DNA of 63,141 nucleotides, the filler included. It is 8 parts of 8 records of this genome, joined end to end, with 100 filler letters (N's around TTAATTAATTAA, not from the genome) between each part and the next. Parts side by side here need not be neighbours in the genome. Positions count along the whole stretch, not along the records: positions 36,727 to 43,633 come from DRR723986_8861; positions 43,734 to 49,916 come from DRR723986_8896; positions 50,017 to 57,932 come from DRR723986_8913; 5 more parts are not named here. One strand, written 5' to 3'. The translations under genes were made by a program, and so were the position numbers. Shown in pieces: positions 43,500 through 53,205 of the stretch (positions within the stretch are counted from its first letter, which is position 1; every line of letters begins with the position of its first letter). Below the pieces are notes generated by a model that saw only the letters and a program-made list of their open reading frames with translations, did no database searches and was not told the origin of the DNA.

Positions 43500-43544
43500 G
43501 CGGTCTCAGCGGTCTCAGCGGTCTCAGCGCTCTCAGCGGCCTCA
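43500..43544. repeat. 9-bp tandem repeat (GCGGTCTCA)x5, last two degenerate
   Basis: Read directly from the sequence. Confidence 0.85.
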
Positions 43545-43633
43545 CTATTTGCTCAGTTGCTGCTGGAGTGTGCGGGTGACTCTTTGATTTCCAGCTTACA
43601 TGCCTACGGCTCACAGCACTTAGGGCTGTGAGC

Positions 43634-43733
43634 NNNNNNNNNNNNNNNNNNNNNNNNNNNNNNNNNNNNNNNNNNNNTTAATTAATTAANNNNNNNNNNN
43701 NNNNNNNNNNNNNNNNNNNNNNNNNNNNNNNNN
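43634..43733. other. Artificial contig spacer
   Basis: N44-TTAATTAATTAA-N44. Confidence 0.98.
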
Positions 43734-43762
43734 TGGAAGTTCGAGTCTTCTCGGCCGCACCA
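43734..43762 (+). tRNA. 3' fragment of a tRNA (probably tRNA-Leu)
   Basis: T arm GGAAG-TTCGAGT-CTTCT, 3' acceptor strand CGGCCGC, discriminator A, CCA. The anticodon is not in the window. Confidence 0.8.
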
Positions 43763-43839
43763 TTTGCCTACACCCCATGCAAATACCACACGGGAATCGG
43801 CGTTGTCGTGCGTTGCAATCGCCCTTGGTTACATAGCCC

Positions 43840-44010
43840 TCAAATATCCATCGCCGCCAATAGCGATAGCGTCAGGCCCGCCAGCAGCATGGGGGGCAGG
43901 GCGGCATTGCGGTTCCAAAACGGGGCATCGTAATAACAAAACGAACACCGTTTACAGCCAAATCGGTTTTTGTGTTTGCACGCCCAGCACCGCCATATTC
44001 TGATGGTCAT
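43840..44010 (-). CDS. 56-aa protein with RanBP2-type zinc finger and C-terminal hydrophobic helix
   Basis: GGGAGG RBS; WRCWACKHKNRFGCKRCSFC fits W-x-C-x2-C-x3-N-x6-C-x2-C. Confidence 0.65.
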   Translation of the reverse strand: MTIRIWRCWACKHKNRFGCKRCSFCYYDAPFWNRNAALPPMLLAGLTLSLLAAMDI

Positions 44011-44255
44011 CACAGCCTCCCTGTTCGCAAGGCCGATCATAGATGCGGGCAAGCGGCCCCGCTTCGGACCAAGGTTTGCGGCGATTGCGGCCCATGGTCG
44101 GGGCAGGCCGGGCTGTGGGCCGCCTTTTGCGCTGCGTTTGGGCGGCTGTGACGCGCCGTCGCTTGGCTTGGTTCTTTCCTTCTGCGCGCGCTCGTGCTGA
44201 TATGATGCGGAACGATGTTTCGCATATTGGAAGAAGTCGAGGGAGGATTGACCGT

Positions 44256-45491
44256 ATGGATATGAATTTTGGCATGCGCGCGGAAAACCGCAAGCTGCTG
44301 GCGCGGGTGGCCGACATGGTGCGCAACGAGATCATGCCGCTGGAAGAAGAATATGAAAAAGAGGTCAATACCGGCGATCGCTGGCAATACACTGACCGCC
44401 AGACAGAAATTCTGGAAGGTCTGAAAAACAAAGCGAAATCCGAAGGTTTGTGGAACTTTTGGCTGACTGACAGCGACAAGGGCTTTGGCCTGAGCACGGT
44501 GGAATACGCCTATTTCGCCGAGGAAATGGGCCGCACGCCGCTGGGGGCCGAGGTGTTTAACTGCTCGGCGCCCGATACCGGCAATATGGAAGTGTTCGAG
44601 CGCTACGGCACCGAGGGCATGAAGCAAGAATGGCTGGCGCCGCTGCTCGAGGGCAAGATCCGTTCGGCCTATTTGATGACCGAACCAGATGTTGCCAGCT
44701 CGGACGCCACCAACATTTCAATGTCTTGCGTGCGCGATGGCGATCATTATGTGCTGAACGGCGAAAAATGGTGGTCATCAGGGGCGGGCGACCCGCGGTG
44801 TAAAGTTTATATCGTGATGGTCAAAACCGGCAGCGACGATATGCCAAAGCACCAGCGCCATTCGATGATTGTGGTGCCTGCGGGGGCCGAAGGCATCGAG
44901 GTGCTGCGCCCGATGCTGGTCTATGGGGCCGATGATGCGCCGCATGGGCATATGCATATCCGCTTTACCAATGTGCGCGTGCCGGCAGAAAACCTGCTGC
45001 TGGGCGAGGGGCGTGGGTTTGAAATTTCCCAAGGCCGCTTGGGGCCTGGCCGTATTCACCACTGCATGCGTGCCATTGGGCAGGCAGAATCGGCGCTAGA
45101 GCTGATGTGCAAGCGCAGCCTAGAACGCGAGGCCTTTGGCAAGCCGCTGGCGCAGCTGGGGGCGAATTTTGACATCATCGCTGAATGCCGCATGGAAATT
45201 GAGCAGGCCCGTTTGCTGTGTCTGAAGGCGGCTTGGTATATGGATCAGGGCGATGCCCGGGCGGCGGCGCCGTGGATCTCGATGATCAAAACTGTTGCGC
45301 CGCGCATGGCGCTAAAGGTGATCGACGAGGCGGCGCAGATGTTTGGCGCGCAAGGCATCAGCCAAGATACGCCCCTGGCCAACAAATGGACCCATGTGCG
45401 CACCCTGCGCCTGGCCGATGGCCCGGATGCTGTGCACCGCCGCCAGATCGCGCGGGCCGAGCTGAAGAAATACACCCAGATGAAGCTGTAA
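44256..45491 (+). CDS. Acyl-CoA dehydrogenase (ACAD10/11-like)
   Basis: FNCSAPDTGNMEV, MTEPDVASSDATN, QGRLGPGRIHHCMR and RLADGPDAVH motifs; GGAGG RBS. Confidence 0.92.
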   Translation: MDMNFGMRAENRKLLARVADMVRNEIMPLEEEYEKEVNTGDRWQYTDRQTEILEGLKNKAKSEGLWNFWLTDSDKGFGLSTVEYAYFAEEMGRTPLGAEVFNCSAPDTGNMEVFERYGTEGMKQEWLAPLLEGKIRSAYLMTEPDVASSDATNISMSCVRDGDHYVLNGEKWWSSGAGDPRCKVYIVMVKTGSDDMPKHQRHSMIVVPAGAEGIEVLRPMLVYGADDAPHGHMHIRFTNVRVPAENLLLGEGRGFEISQGRLGPGRIHHCMRAIGQAESALELMCKRSLEREAFGKPLAQLGANFDIIAECRMEIEQARLLCLKAAWYMDQGDARAAAPWISMIKTVAPRMALKVIDEAAQMFGAQGISQDTPLANKWTHVRTLRLADGPDAVHRRQIARAELKKYTQMKL

Positions 45492-45512
45492 CGCGGTTAT
45501 CTGCCAACATGC

Positions 45513-45542
45513 AAAAGGGGGGCGCCGGCGCCCCCCTTTTTT
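45513..45542. terminator. Bidirectional terminator
   Basis: AAAAGGGGGGCGCCGGCGCCCCCCTTTTTT palindrome between convergent genes. Confidence 0.8.
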
Positions 45543-45557
45543 GTGCCAAACCGCCCT

Positions 45558-46616
45558 TTATTCTGCGGGCTGAAACCCCTCGATCAATTGCCGCAGGCCA
45601 AGGGCCGCGCCTGCAAAAATCGCGGCAAAGACCAGGGGGGCCGAATAGGCCAGCATGGAAAAGGCCGATAAACCCTGCCCGATGGTGCAACCCAGCGCCA
45701 ATACGGCGCCTGCGCCCATCAACACCGCGCCCAGAATTTGGCGGCGCAATTCGCGGGGGTCTTCGCAGGCCTCCCAGCGAAAGTGCCCCTTGATCAGCGA
45801 GCCGATAAAGGCCCCCAGCGCCACACCCGCGACCGAGCCCACACCAAAGCTAAGCGCGCGCGCAGATCCGGTCATGGCGTATAGCAGCGCCTCGCCCACG
45901 GGGGCGGAAAAGCTGTGCGATACCATGGGCATGGGGGTAAAGCTTTGCGATGCCACCCAATAGCTGCCCGCCCAGCCCGAAGTGATGGCAAGGCCCACCA
46001 CGACCGACCAGAAGATCTCTTTGCGTGCAGATAGCATCGCCCCCGATGCCAAGGCCCCCAGCGCCACCAAAGCGCCAATGCCAATGCCCAGCCCCGCCAC
46101 CGGCAGGCCTGTCCAGCTGTGCAAAAGATGGGCAAAGCCCGGTGGGGTGGTGTTGATCACCTCGGCCTGTGGAAAGGCCTGCACCCGCAAAAAGGCCAGC
46201 GGCCCTGATAGCACGGCATAGGCGGAAACCCCCATGATCACCACGATCACAAAGGCGCGGAAATCGCCGCCGCCCAGCCGGGCGATGCTGCCAAAGCCGC
46301 AATTGCCCGCCAAGGCCATGCCATAGCCAAACATCAGCCCGCCCAGGGCCATCGCCAGCGGCATCCATTCAATAGACAGGTAATACGAGCGCTCTAGCTC
46401 GATCACACCCAGCCCCGACAGGCCAAAGGTGCCCATGATCGCCACGCCAATGGCCAGCACCCACATGCGCATGCGCACCGACGAGCCGCCATAAAGCAGA
46501 TCTTCAATCGCACCCATGGTGCAAAACCGGCCCAAACGGGCGGCAAGGCCCAGCAATACGCCGCCACCAAGCCCGACCAGCGCCACCAGCGTCTCGTCGG
46601 AAATCCAGTCAAACAT
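45558..46616 (-). CDS. soxT: YeeE/YedE sulfur transporter SoxT
   Basis: RFCTMGA, GNCGFG and LGCTIGQG motifs; multi-TM; next to soxR. Confidence 0.85.
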   Translation of the reverse strand: MFDWISDETLVALVGLGGGVLLGLAARLGRFCTMGAIEDLLYGGSSVRMRMWVLAIGVAIMGTFGLSGLGVIELERSYYLSIEWMPLAMALGGLMFGYGMALAGNCGFGSIARLGGGDFRAFVIVVIMGVSAYAVLSGPLAFLRVQAFPQAEVINTTPPGFAHLLHSWTGLPVAGLGIGIGALVALGALASGAMLSARKEIFWSVVVGLAITSGWAGSYWVASQSFTPMPMVSHSFSAPVGEALLYAMTGSARALSFGVGSVAGVALGAFIGSLIKGHFRWEACEDPRELRRQILGAVLMGAGAVLALGCTIGQGLSAFSMLAYSAPLVFAAIFAGAALGLRQLIEGFQPAE

Positions 46617-46656
46617 GTTTTCCCTCCTGGCAGCCGTCTTGCGCGGCTTTCAGTGC

Positions 46657-46992
46657 CTATTCACAGAACAGGTCATAAACCAGCTCGAGTATACGTTTTG
46701 GCCGATCATCTGCCAAACGGTAATAAATCGCCTTGCCATCGCGGCGGGGAATAACCAGCCCTTCGAGGCGCAAGCGCGATAATTGCTGGCTGACAGCAGC
46801 CTGGCGGGCGGCAAGCAATTCCTCAAGCTCGGTCACGGATTTCTCACCTGACACCAGATGGCACAAGATCATCAGCCGGCCCTCGTGGCTGACAGCTTTC
46901 AGAAAATTCGAGGCCGTCGTCGCGTTATCGACGATACGCTCCATCTCGGTGTCTGAGATGCCTTTGTCGAATACTGGAAGTGTCACTGGCAC
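46657..46992 (-). CDS. soxR: ArsR-family sox regulator SoxR
   Basis: FLKAVSHEGRLMILCHL, VSQQLSRLR and C-terminal LFC (BigR/SqrR-type Cys pair). Confidence 0.88.
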   Translation of the reverse strand: MPVTLPVFDKGISDTEMERIVDNATTASNFLKAVSHEGRLMILCHLVSGEKSVTELEELLAARQAAVSQQLSRLRLEGLVIPRRDGKAIYYRLADDRPKRILELVYDLFCE

Positions 46993-47095
46993 ATTCCCCC
47001 ACTTTGCACCCCTTTTTAAGGGGGTTGCGGCGCCAAGAGCAACTCGTTCGTGGCAGTCTTGCTGCGAAAGAGAGCGGATGTGCCGCGATTGGGCC

Positions 47096-47464
47096 TTACC
47101 CTTGGCCGTTGTAACCTGCGCGTTCGCGCAGCAGTTGTTCTAACATGCCCCAGAAAAAATGATCGCCCGGGTGCCCCTCGATACGGCCAATTTCGCGCCC
47201 CTCTGACACCAGCACGAACGTGGGTGTAAACAGAATGCGGCCGTCAAACTGGATATCGCCGCCCAGGGTATCTTTGATATCGACCATCCGCAGCGGCGCA
47301 AATTGCCCCATTTCGGTGTTTGGATAGGCGGGGCCAATCGTTTCCTTCCACGCCACGCAATAGCTGCAGCCTTGGCGTTCTACCATCACCAGCTCGAGCG
47401 CCTCGGCGCGCCCGGCCAATACCCCCAGCCCGATCAGGGCAATGAAAAAAAAGCGCCGCAGCAT
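47096..47464 (-). CDS. soxS: Periplasmic thioredoxin SoxS
   Basis: Signal peptide, CSYC, TPTFVL and GRIEG..GDHFFW motifs. Confidence 0.88.
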   Translation of the reverse strand: MLRRFFFIALIGLGVLAGRAEALELVMVERQGCSYCVAWKETIGPAYPNTEMGQFAPLRMVDIKDTLGGDIQFDGRILFTPTFVLVSEGREIGRIEGHPGDHFFWGMLEQLLRERAGYNGQG

Positions 47465-47539
47465 GAAACACCCGATTGACGACTATCGTATACAAAACAT
47501 AATCTGAATATGTGAATTGATCAAGGAGTGCCGCGCGCT

Positions 47540-48274
47540 ATGGATGTTACTTTCGCCGGGGCTGCCTTTGCGGGTTTTCTAGCCTTCTTTACGCCCTGCA
47601 TCCTGCCGATGGTGCCTTTTTACCTTAGCTATATGGCTGGGCTTTCGATGGCCGAGCTGCGCGGCGAGGGGCAGATCGGGCCGGGGGCGCAGCGGCGTTT
47701 GGCGCTGTCTTCGGTGGCATTTGCGCTGGGGGTGACAACCATTTTCATGCTGATGGGCATGGGCGCAACGGCTTTGGGGCAGGTGTTTCGCGATTGGTTC
47801 GATGTGTTGCGCTACGCAGCCGCGGCGCTGATTTTCGTCTTTGGCCTGCATTTTCTGGGGCTTATTCGCATCGGCCTGTTTTACCGCGAGGCCAAGCTGC
47901 AATCAAACCTCGATCCCAGCTCGGTGGTTGGCGCCTATGTGATGGGGCTTGCCTTTGGCTTTGGCTGGAGCGCCTGCGTGGGCCCGGTTTTGGCAACGAT
48001 TTTGATGATCGCCAGCGGCATGGGCGATATTTGGCGCGGTGGGCTGTTGCTGGCGCTGTTTGGCCTGGGCATGACCGCGCCTTTCGTGGTGGCGGCGCTG
48101 TTTGCGCGCCCGTTTCTGGGCTGGATGCAGCGCAATCGCAAATATCAACCTTATGTTGAAAAAGCGCTGGGCGTGATGATGATTGTCTTTGCGCTGCTCA
48201 TAGCCACGGGCACCGTAAACGAATTGGCAAATTGGATGATCGAAACATTCCCCATCTTTGCGCAACTGGGTTAG
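47540..48274 (+). CDS. soxV: CcdA-like membrane protein SoxV
   Basis: FFTPCILPMVPFY and FGWSACVGP motifs; about 6 TM. Confidence 0.88.
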   Translation: MDVTFAGAAFAGFLAFFTPCILPMVPFYLSYMAGLSMAELRGEGQIGPGAQRRLALSSVAFALGVTTIFMLMGMGATALGQVFRDWFDVLRYAAAALIFVFGLHFLGLIRIGLFYREAKLQSNLDPSSVVGAYVMGLAFGFGWSACVGPVLATILMIASGMGDIWRGGLLLALFGLGMTAPFVVAALFARPFLGWMQRNRKYQPYVEKALGVMMIVFALLIATGTVNELANWMIETFPIFAQLG

Positions 48275-48299
48275 GGCAAAGCGGGGCAGGGAGGATGTT

Positions 48300-48878
48300 A
48301 TGAAACACTGGATTATGGGATTGGCCGCAGCCGTATTGGCATTTCCGCTATGGGCGGCCGAGGTGGATGGCGATGGCCTGCATATCGAGCCATGGATTCG
48401 CGACACGTTCAAAGACCTGCAAGAAGATTTGGCCGAAGCCCGCGCCGAGGGCAAAAGACTGGCGATTTTTGTCGAGCAAAAGGGCTGCATCTACTGCACC
48501 AAGATGCATACCGAGGTTTATTCGAACGAATCCATTGCCGAGTATATCGAGCAGAATTTTTTTGTGGTGCGGCTGAATTTGCACGGCGCGACCGAGGCCA
48601 CCGATACCGATGGCCAGGCCATGACGGAAAAGGATTTGGCCCGCAAATGGGGCATTTTGTTCACCCCAACCGTGGTTTTCCTGCCCGAAGAGGTGGCCGA
48701 TGACACGCCAGCCATTCGTGCCGCAGTTGCGGTGATGCCGGGCGCCTTTGGCAAACAGACCACGCTGGATATGTACACTTGGGTGAACGAAAAGCGCTAT
48801 GCGCTTGATAATGGTGAGGATTTCCAGCGCTATCACGCCCGCCGCATTGCCGAACGCCAGGCGGCTGGCGGCAATTGA
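48300..48878 (+). CDS. soxW: Periplasmic thioredoxin SoxW
   Basis: Signal peptide, EQKGCIYC and FTPTVVF motifs. Confidence 0.88.
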   Translation: MKHWIMGLAAAVLAFPLWAAEVDGDGLHIEPWIRDTFKDLQEDLAEARAEGKRLAIFVEQKGCIYCTKMHTEVYSNESIAEYIEQNFFVVRLNLHGATEATDTDGQAMTEKDLARKWGILFTPTVVFLPEEVADDTPAIRAAVAVMPGAFGKQTTLDMYTWVNEKRYALDNGEDFQRYHARRIAERQAAGGN

Positions 48879-48900
48879 GGCAAATTTGACCAAATCAATA

Positions 48901-48916
48901 ATTCACAATTGTGAAT
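48901..48916. promoter_or_regulatory. Putative SoxR operator upstream of soxX
   Basis: Perfect palindrome ATTCACAATTGTGAAT (ATTC-N8-GAAT). Confidence 0.7.
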
Positions 48917-48998
48917 TTGATGTTGCCAGACGGGGCATTCGTGCTCTACGGTATACCGAGCGAACTCGGTCACGAGAACTGAAGCCATGGGAGGAATC

Positions 48999-49469
48999 AT
49001 GAAGGTTTATGCACTGACACTGGCGGCAACGCTGACAGCTGGCGCAGCGTTTGCAGGCGAGGTGGCACCCGCCGATGTGGTATTCAACGAAGACGGCGCT
49101 ATCGTCGCCTCGTTGTCTGGCGTCGCGGGCAACCCTGCCGAAGGCGCCAAGGTGATGACGAATCGCGGGCTGGGTAACTGCGTGGCCTGCCACGAAGTAA
49201 GCGCGCTAAGCGATGCACCGTTCCACGGCAATGTGGGCCCGTCGCTGGATGGCGTGGGCGATCGCTGGAGCGCGGCCGAGCTGCGCAGCATCATCGTAAA
49301 CGCAAAGGTTATGTACGAGGGCACAGTTATGCCGTCGTTCTACCGCGTCAGCGGCTTCACCCGCCCGGGTGATGGCTATACCGGCAAAGCCGCAACCGAA
49401 ATCGCACCGCTGCTGACTGCGCAGCAGGTGGAAGATGTTGTCGCGTTTTTGGGCACTCTGAAAGAGTGA
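48999..49469 (+). CDS. soxX: Sulfur oxidation c-type cytochrome SoxX
   Basis: GNCVACH heme motif, GNVGPSL, TVMPSFY; GGAGG RBS. Confidence 0.93.
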   Translation: MKVYALTLAATLTAGAAFAGEVAPADVVFNEDGAIVASLSGVAGNPAEGAKVMTNRGLGNCVACHEVSALSDAPFHGNVGPSLDGVGDRWSAAELRSIIVNAKVMYEGTVMPSFYRVSGFTRPGDGYTGKAATEIAPLLTAQQVEDVVAFLGTLKE

Positions 49470-49502
49470 TCAAGGCGCAGCAGGGTAACTAAGGAGATAG
49501 AA

Positions 49503-49916
49503 ATGGATTTCACAAGACGTGAGACGCTTGCGCTGGGTGCTGGTGCTGTTGCTCTGACAGTGCTGCCGTTCCGCGTGAACGCAGCGGCAGAGGATGCAAT
49601 CGCCGCATTCACCGGTGGGGCAGCTGTTGCCGATGGCGGCGTTAACCTTACCGCCCCGGAAATTGCAGAGAACGGGAACACCGTGCCGATCAGCGTATCG
49701 GCCGAAGGTGCCACCGCGATCATGCTGCTGGCCGCTGGCAACCCCACCCCCGGTGTGGCCACTTATACATTTGGCGAATTGGCGGGCAGCGCTTCGGCAT
49801 CGACCCGTATTCGTTTGGCTGGCACCCAAGACGTGGTTGCCGTTGCAAAAATGGCAGACGGCTCGTTCGCACAGGCCCGCTCGACGGTGAAAGTCACCAT
49901 CGGCGGCTGCGGCGGC
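49503..49916 (+). CDS. soxY: Sulfur carrier SoxY (stop codon cut off)
   Basis: Tat signal TRRETL, APEIAENG, C-terminal VTIGGCGG. Confidence 0.96.
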
Positions 49917-50016
49917 NNNNNNNNNNNNNNNNNNNNNNNNNNNNNNNNNNNNNNNNNNNNTTAATTAATTAANNNNNNNNNNNNNNNNNNNNNNNNNNNN
50001 NNNNNNNNNNNNNNNN
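49917..50016. other. Artificial contig spacer
   Basis: N44-TTAATTAATTAA-N44. Confidence 0.98.
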
Positions 50017-50803
50017 TATTCACCAGATTGCGCGCCTCGGGGCGGTCTTTCAGCCCTTCGGCCTCGCTGGGCAGGGCCTCGGGGTCGGTTTTGGCTTTGC
50101 GGATCTTTTGGGCAATCGTGTCGGCATCGTCGGTCATGTTGATGCGCGAGGCATCCGATGGGTCAGATTTCGACATTTTCTTGCTGCCATCGCGCAGGCT
50201 CATCACCCGGGTGGCGGCGCCTTCGATCACTGGTTCGGACAGCGGGAAAAAATCGACGCCATAGTCATGGTTGAACTTGGCGGCGATATCGCGGGTCAAT
50301 TCAACATGCTGTTTTTGGTCTTCGCCCACGGGCACATGCGTGGCGTGATACACCAAGATATCTGCCGCCATCAGCGAGGGGTAGGCAAACAGCCCCAGCG
50401 AGGCTTTTTCGGCATTCTTGCCAGCCTTGTCTTTCCACTGCGTCATGCGGTTCATCCAGCCCATGCGGGCCACGCAGTTGAATATCCAGCCCAATTCGGC
50501 ATGCTGGCTGACCTGGCTTTGATTAAACAAGATCGATCGCGCCGGATCCAGCCCCGCGGCCAAATAGCCCGCCGCCAATTCGCGCGTTTGCCGGCGCAGG
50601 GCGGCCGGGTCTTGCCAGACGGTGATGGCATGCATATCGACCACGCAATAAAGCGTTTCAATGCCGTTTTCCTGCATATCAACAAAGCGCTTGATCGCGC
50701 CCAGGTAGTTGCCAAGCGTCAGCCCCCCCGAGGGCTGGATGCCCGAGAAAACCCGCTGTTTGAACTCGGTGGGCGTGGATTGCGTTTGGACCGCATCCGT
50801 CAT
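50017..50803 (-). CDS. trpS: Tryptophan-tRNA ligase (3'-truncated)
   Basis: [22 protein letters not shown] and KMSKS motifs. Confidence 0.96.
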
Positions 50804-50880
50804 GGCCTATTTCTCCGTCTGGATTTATGGGTGTGGCTGGCTTACCCATGCCGCAAACCCCCGTCAAGCCGAGGCCCAAA

Positions 50881-51576
50881 GTGCAAAACCCCAGTGACAG
50901 CCCCGTAAACCCGATGCCGCCCGTTGTGGTGGCGCTGTTTTTTGTGATTATCGGCGTTGAGGCGCTGTTTAGCCTGGGGGCGGCGGGCATGCTGGGCGGC
51001 GCACAGGCGCTGGGCTGGCGCATTGGCGCCTTGCAAGATTACGGGTTTTCCGCGGAAATTTTCCAATGGATGTGGGCCAATAACCGCTGGCCGGCTGAAC
51101 ATGTGATGCGCTTTGTTACTTATGGGTTTGTGCATGGCAGCTTTACGCATGCGCTGTTTGTCAGCGTCATGTTGCTGGCCATGGGCAAATTTGTGGGGCA
51201 GGTGATATCGCAGCTGGGCACTTTGGTGCTGTTTCTGGCCGGGCTTGTTGCGGGGGCTTTGGCGCATGGGGCCATGCATGGGCTGCTGGGCTGGGGCAAC
51301 CCTTGGCTGGTGGGGGGCTTTGCGGGCGTTTATGCCTTGATCGGTGGGTTCACCTATCTGATCTGGGTGCGGTTGGTGGCCACCGGCAGCAGCGGCGCGC
51401 GGGCCTTTGGGCTGATTGGCGCGCTGATGGCCATTCGGCTGGTCTTTGGCCTGCTTTTTGGCAGTGATGGCACCTGGTTGGCCGATTTGGTGGGCTTTGG
51501 CGTGGGCTTTGGCCTGAGCATTTTGCTGGTGCCGGGGGGCTTGGCGCGGTTGCGCCAGCGCCTGCGCCGCGATTAA
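50881..51576 (+). CDS. Rhomboid-family intramembrane protease-like protein
   Basis: SPVNPMPPVV and RFVTYGFVHGSFTH motifs; multi-TM; trpS-rhomboid-murJ context. Start uncertain. Confidence 0.8.
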   Translation: MQNPSDSPVNPMPPVVVALFFVIIGVEALFSLGAAGMLGGAQALGWRIGALQDYGFSAEIFQWMWANNRWPAEHVMRFVTYGFVHGSFTHALFVSVMLLAMGKFVGQVISQLGTLVLFLAGLVAGALAHGAMHGLLGWGNPWLVGGFAGVYALIGGFTYLIWVRLVATGSSGARAFGLIGALMAIRLVFGLLFGSDGTWLADLVGFGVGFGLSILLVPGGLARLRQRLRRD

Positions 51577-53120
51577 CCGCGCCTGCGCCGCAGGCTGGCG
51601 CGCAAATCGCCCAGGCTGAGCGCGCCCAAGGCCTGCGCCAGCGCAAAATAGCCCGCGATACCCACAGCGATCAGCACAGCCAGCGCCCCATAGCGCCATG
51701 TTGGCATGGCCAAAAACGGCGCCAACAGCTGCATCGCCGCCCACATCACCCCACCCGACAGGCCCGCCGCGGCGATGATACGCCACAGTTTTTGGGTAAA
51801 GCGGGCGTCAAACCGGGCGGTTTCGCCCATGGGGCGCCGGCCTGCTGCCAATAGCGCCACCTGCACCCAAGCCGCCAGCGTTGTGGCCACGGCCGAGGCC
51901 AGCCAGCCGATATAAAAGGCCAGCCCAATGGCCACGGCGGCATTAACCACCATCGACACCACCGCATAGCGCAGGGGCGTGCGGGTGTCTTCGCGGGCAA
52001 AATAGAGCGGCTGCAGCACTTTTTGCAGCACAAAGGCGGGCAGGCCTGCGCCATAGATCATCACCGCCAGTGCGATGGCTTGGGTATCTGACGGGCCGGT
52101 TTGGCCCCGTTCGAACAGAACCATGACCAGCGGCACAGGGATCACCACCAGCGCCACTGCGGCGGGCAGTGTCAGGGCCAAAGCCGCCTCGCCCGCGCGC
52201 GACAGCGCGGATTGCGCCGCGCTGTGATCGCCGGCCTTCAAACTGCGCGACAGGCTGGGCAGCAGCACGATACCGATGGCAATGCCCACCACGCCCAGGG
52301 GCAGCTGATACAGCCGGTCTGCCGCATAAAGCCAGCTCAGCGCGTTTTCTGTGCCCGAGGCCACCAATTGCCCCACCAACAGGTTGATCTGCAACACCCC
52401 GCTAGACAGGGCGGCAGGCAGGGCAATCACCAGCATGGCGCGCATATCTGGGCTCCAGCGGGGGCGGCCCGGGCGCAGGCGGATGCCCGCCCGCCCGGCG
52501 GCGCGCCAAACCAGCGCCAGCTGTGCCACACCGGCCAGCGGGATTGACCAAAGCAACCAATCGATCACCTGTTGGCCCAGCAGATTGGCCATCACCATGG
52601 CAAGCACCACAAAGATATTCAGCAAAACCGGCGCTGCCGCTGCGGCGGCAAAGTGGCCCGTGGCGTTTAACACGCCCGAAAACAGCGCTGCCAGCGACAT
52701 GAACACAATATAGGGAAACAAGATGCGCCCGTAGCCCACAGTCAGATCAAAGCGCGCATCGCCCGAAAACCCCTCGGCGGTGGCCCAGACAAAGGCCGGC
52801 ATAAACAGCATGGCCAGCGCGGTCAGCGCCAAAACCACCAGCGCCAGCCCATTCAGCGCATCGCGGGCAAAGCCGGTGGCATCTTCGCCGCCCTCGTATT
52901 TTTTGGAAAACATCGGCACGAAAGCCGCGTTAAACGCTCCTTCGGCAAAAAAGCGGCGAAACATATTGGGCAGGCGAAAGGCTGCCACAAACGCATCCAT
53001 CACCGGGCCGGGGCCGATATAGGCCAAGATCAAGATCTCGCGCACAAAGCCCAAAACCCGGCTGGCCAATGTCCAAAAGCCGACGGTCAGAAAACCGCTG
53101 ATCAGGCGAATGGGTTTCAC
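51573..53120 (-). CDS. murJ: Lipid II flippase MurJ
   Basis: SRVLGFVRE, AFRLPNMFRRFFAEGAF and YAADRLYQLPLG motifs. Confidence 0.96.
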   Translation of the reverse strand: MKPIRLISGFLTVGFWTLASRVLGFVREILILAYIGPGPVMDAFVAAFRLPNMFRRFFAEGAFNAAFVPMFSKKYEGGEDATGFARDALNGLALVVLALTALAMLFMPAFVWATAEGFSGDARFDLTVGYGRILFPYIVFMSLAALFSGVLNATGHFAAAAAAPVLLNIFVVLAMVMANLLGQQVIDWLLWSIPLAGVAQLALVWRAAGRAGIRLRPGRPRWSPDMRAMLVIALPAALSSGVLQINLLVGQLVASGTENALSWLYAADRLYQLPLGVVGIAIGIVLLPSLSRSLKAGDHSAAQSALSRAGEAALALTLPAAVALVVIPVPLVMVLFERGQTGPSDTQAIALAVMIYGAGLPAFVLQKVLQPLYFAREDTRTPLRYAVVSMVVNAAVAIGLAFYIGWLASAVATTLAAWVQVALLAAGRRPMGETARFDARFTQKLWRIIAAAGLSGGVMWAAMQLLAPFLAMPTWRYGALAVLIAVGIAGYFALAQALGALSLGDLRASLRRRRG

Positions 53121-53205
53121 GGCGCATCTGTCCTTTGTGGTGTTTGGCCCTAGATAGCCCAGCCAGTGCCCGTGTGACAGAAGAAAACTTGCGATGCCGT
53201 GGGGC

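Noticed and set aside
43734-43762. tRNA 3' end as the att site of an integrated element
   Set aside because: It sits at the contig edge, so truncation explains it. There is no integrase or second copy in the window.
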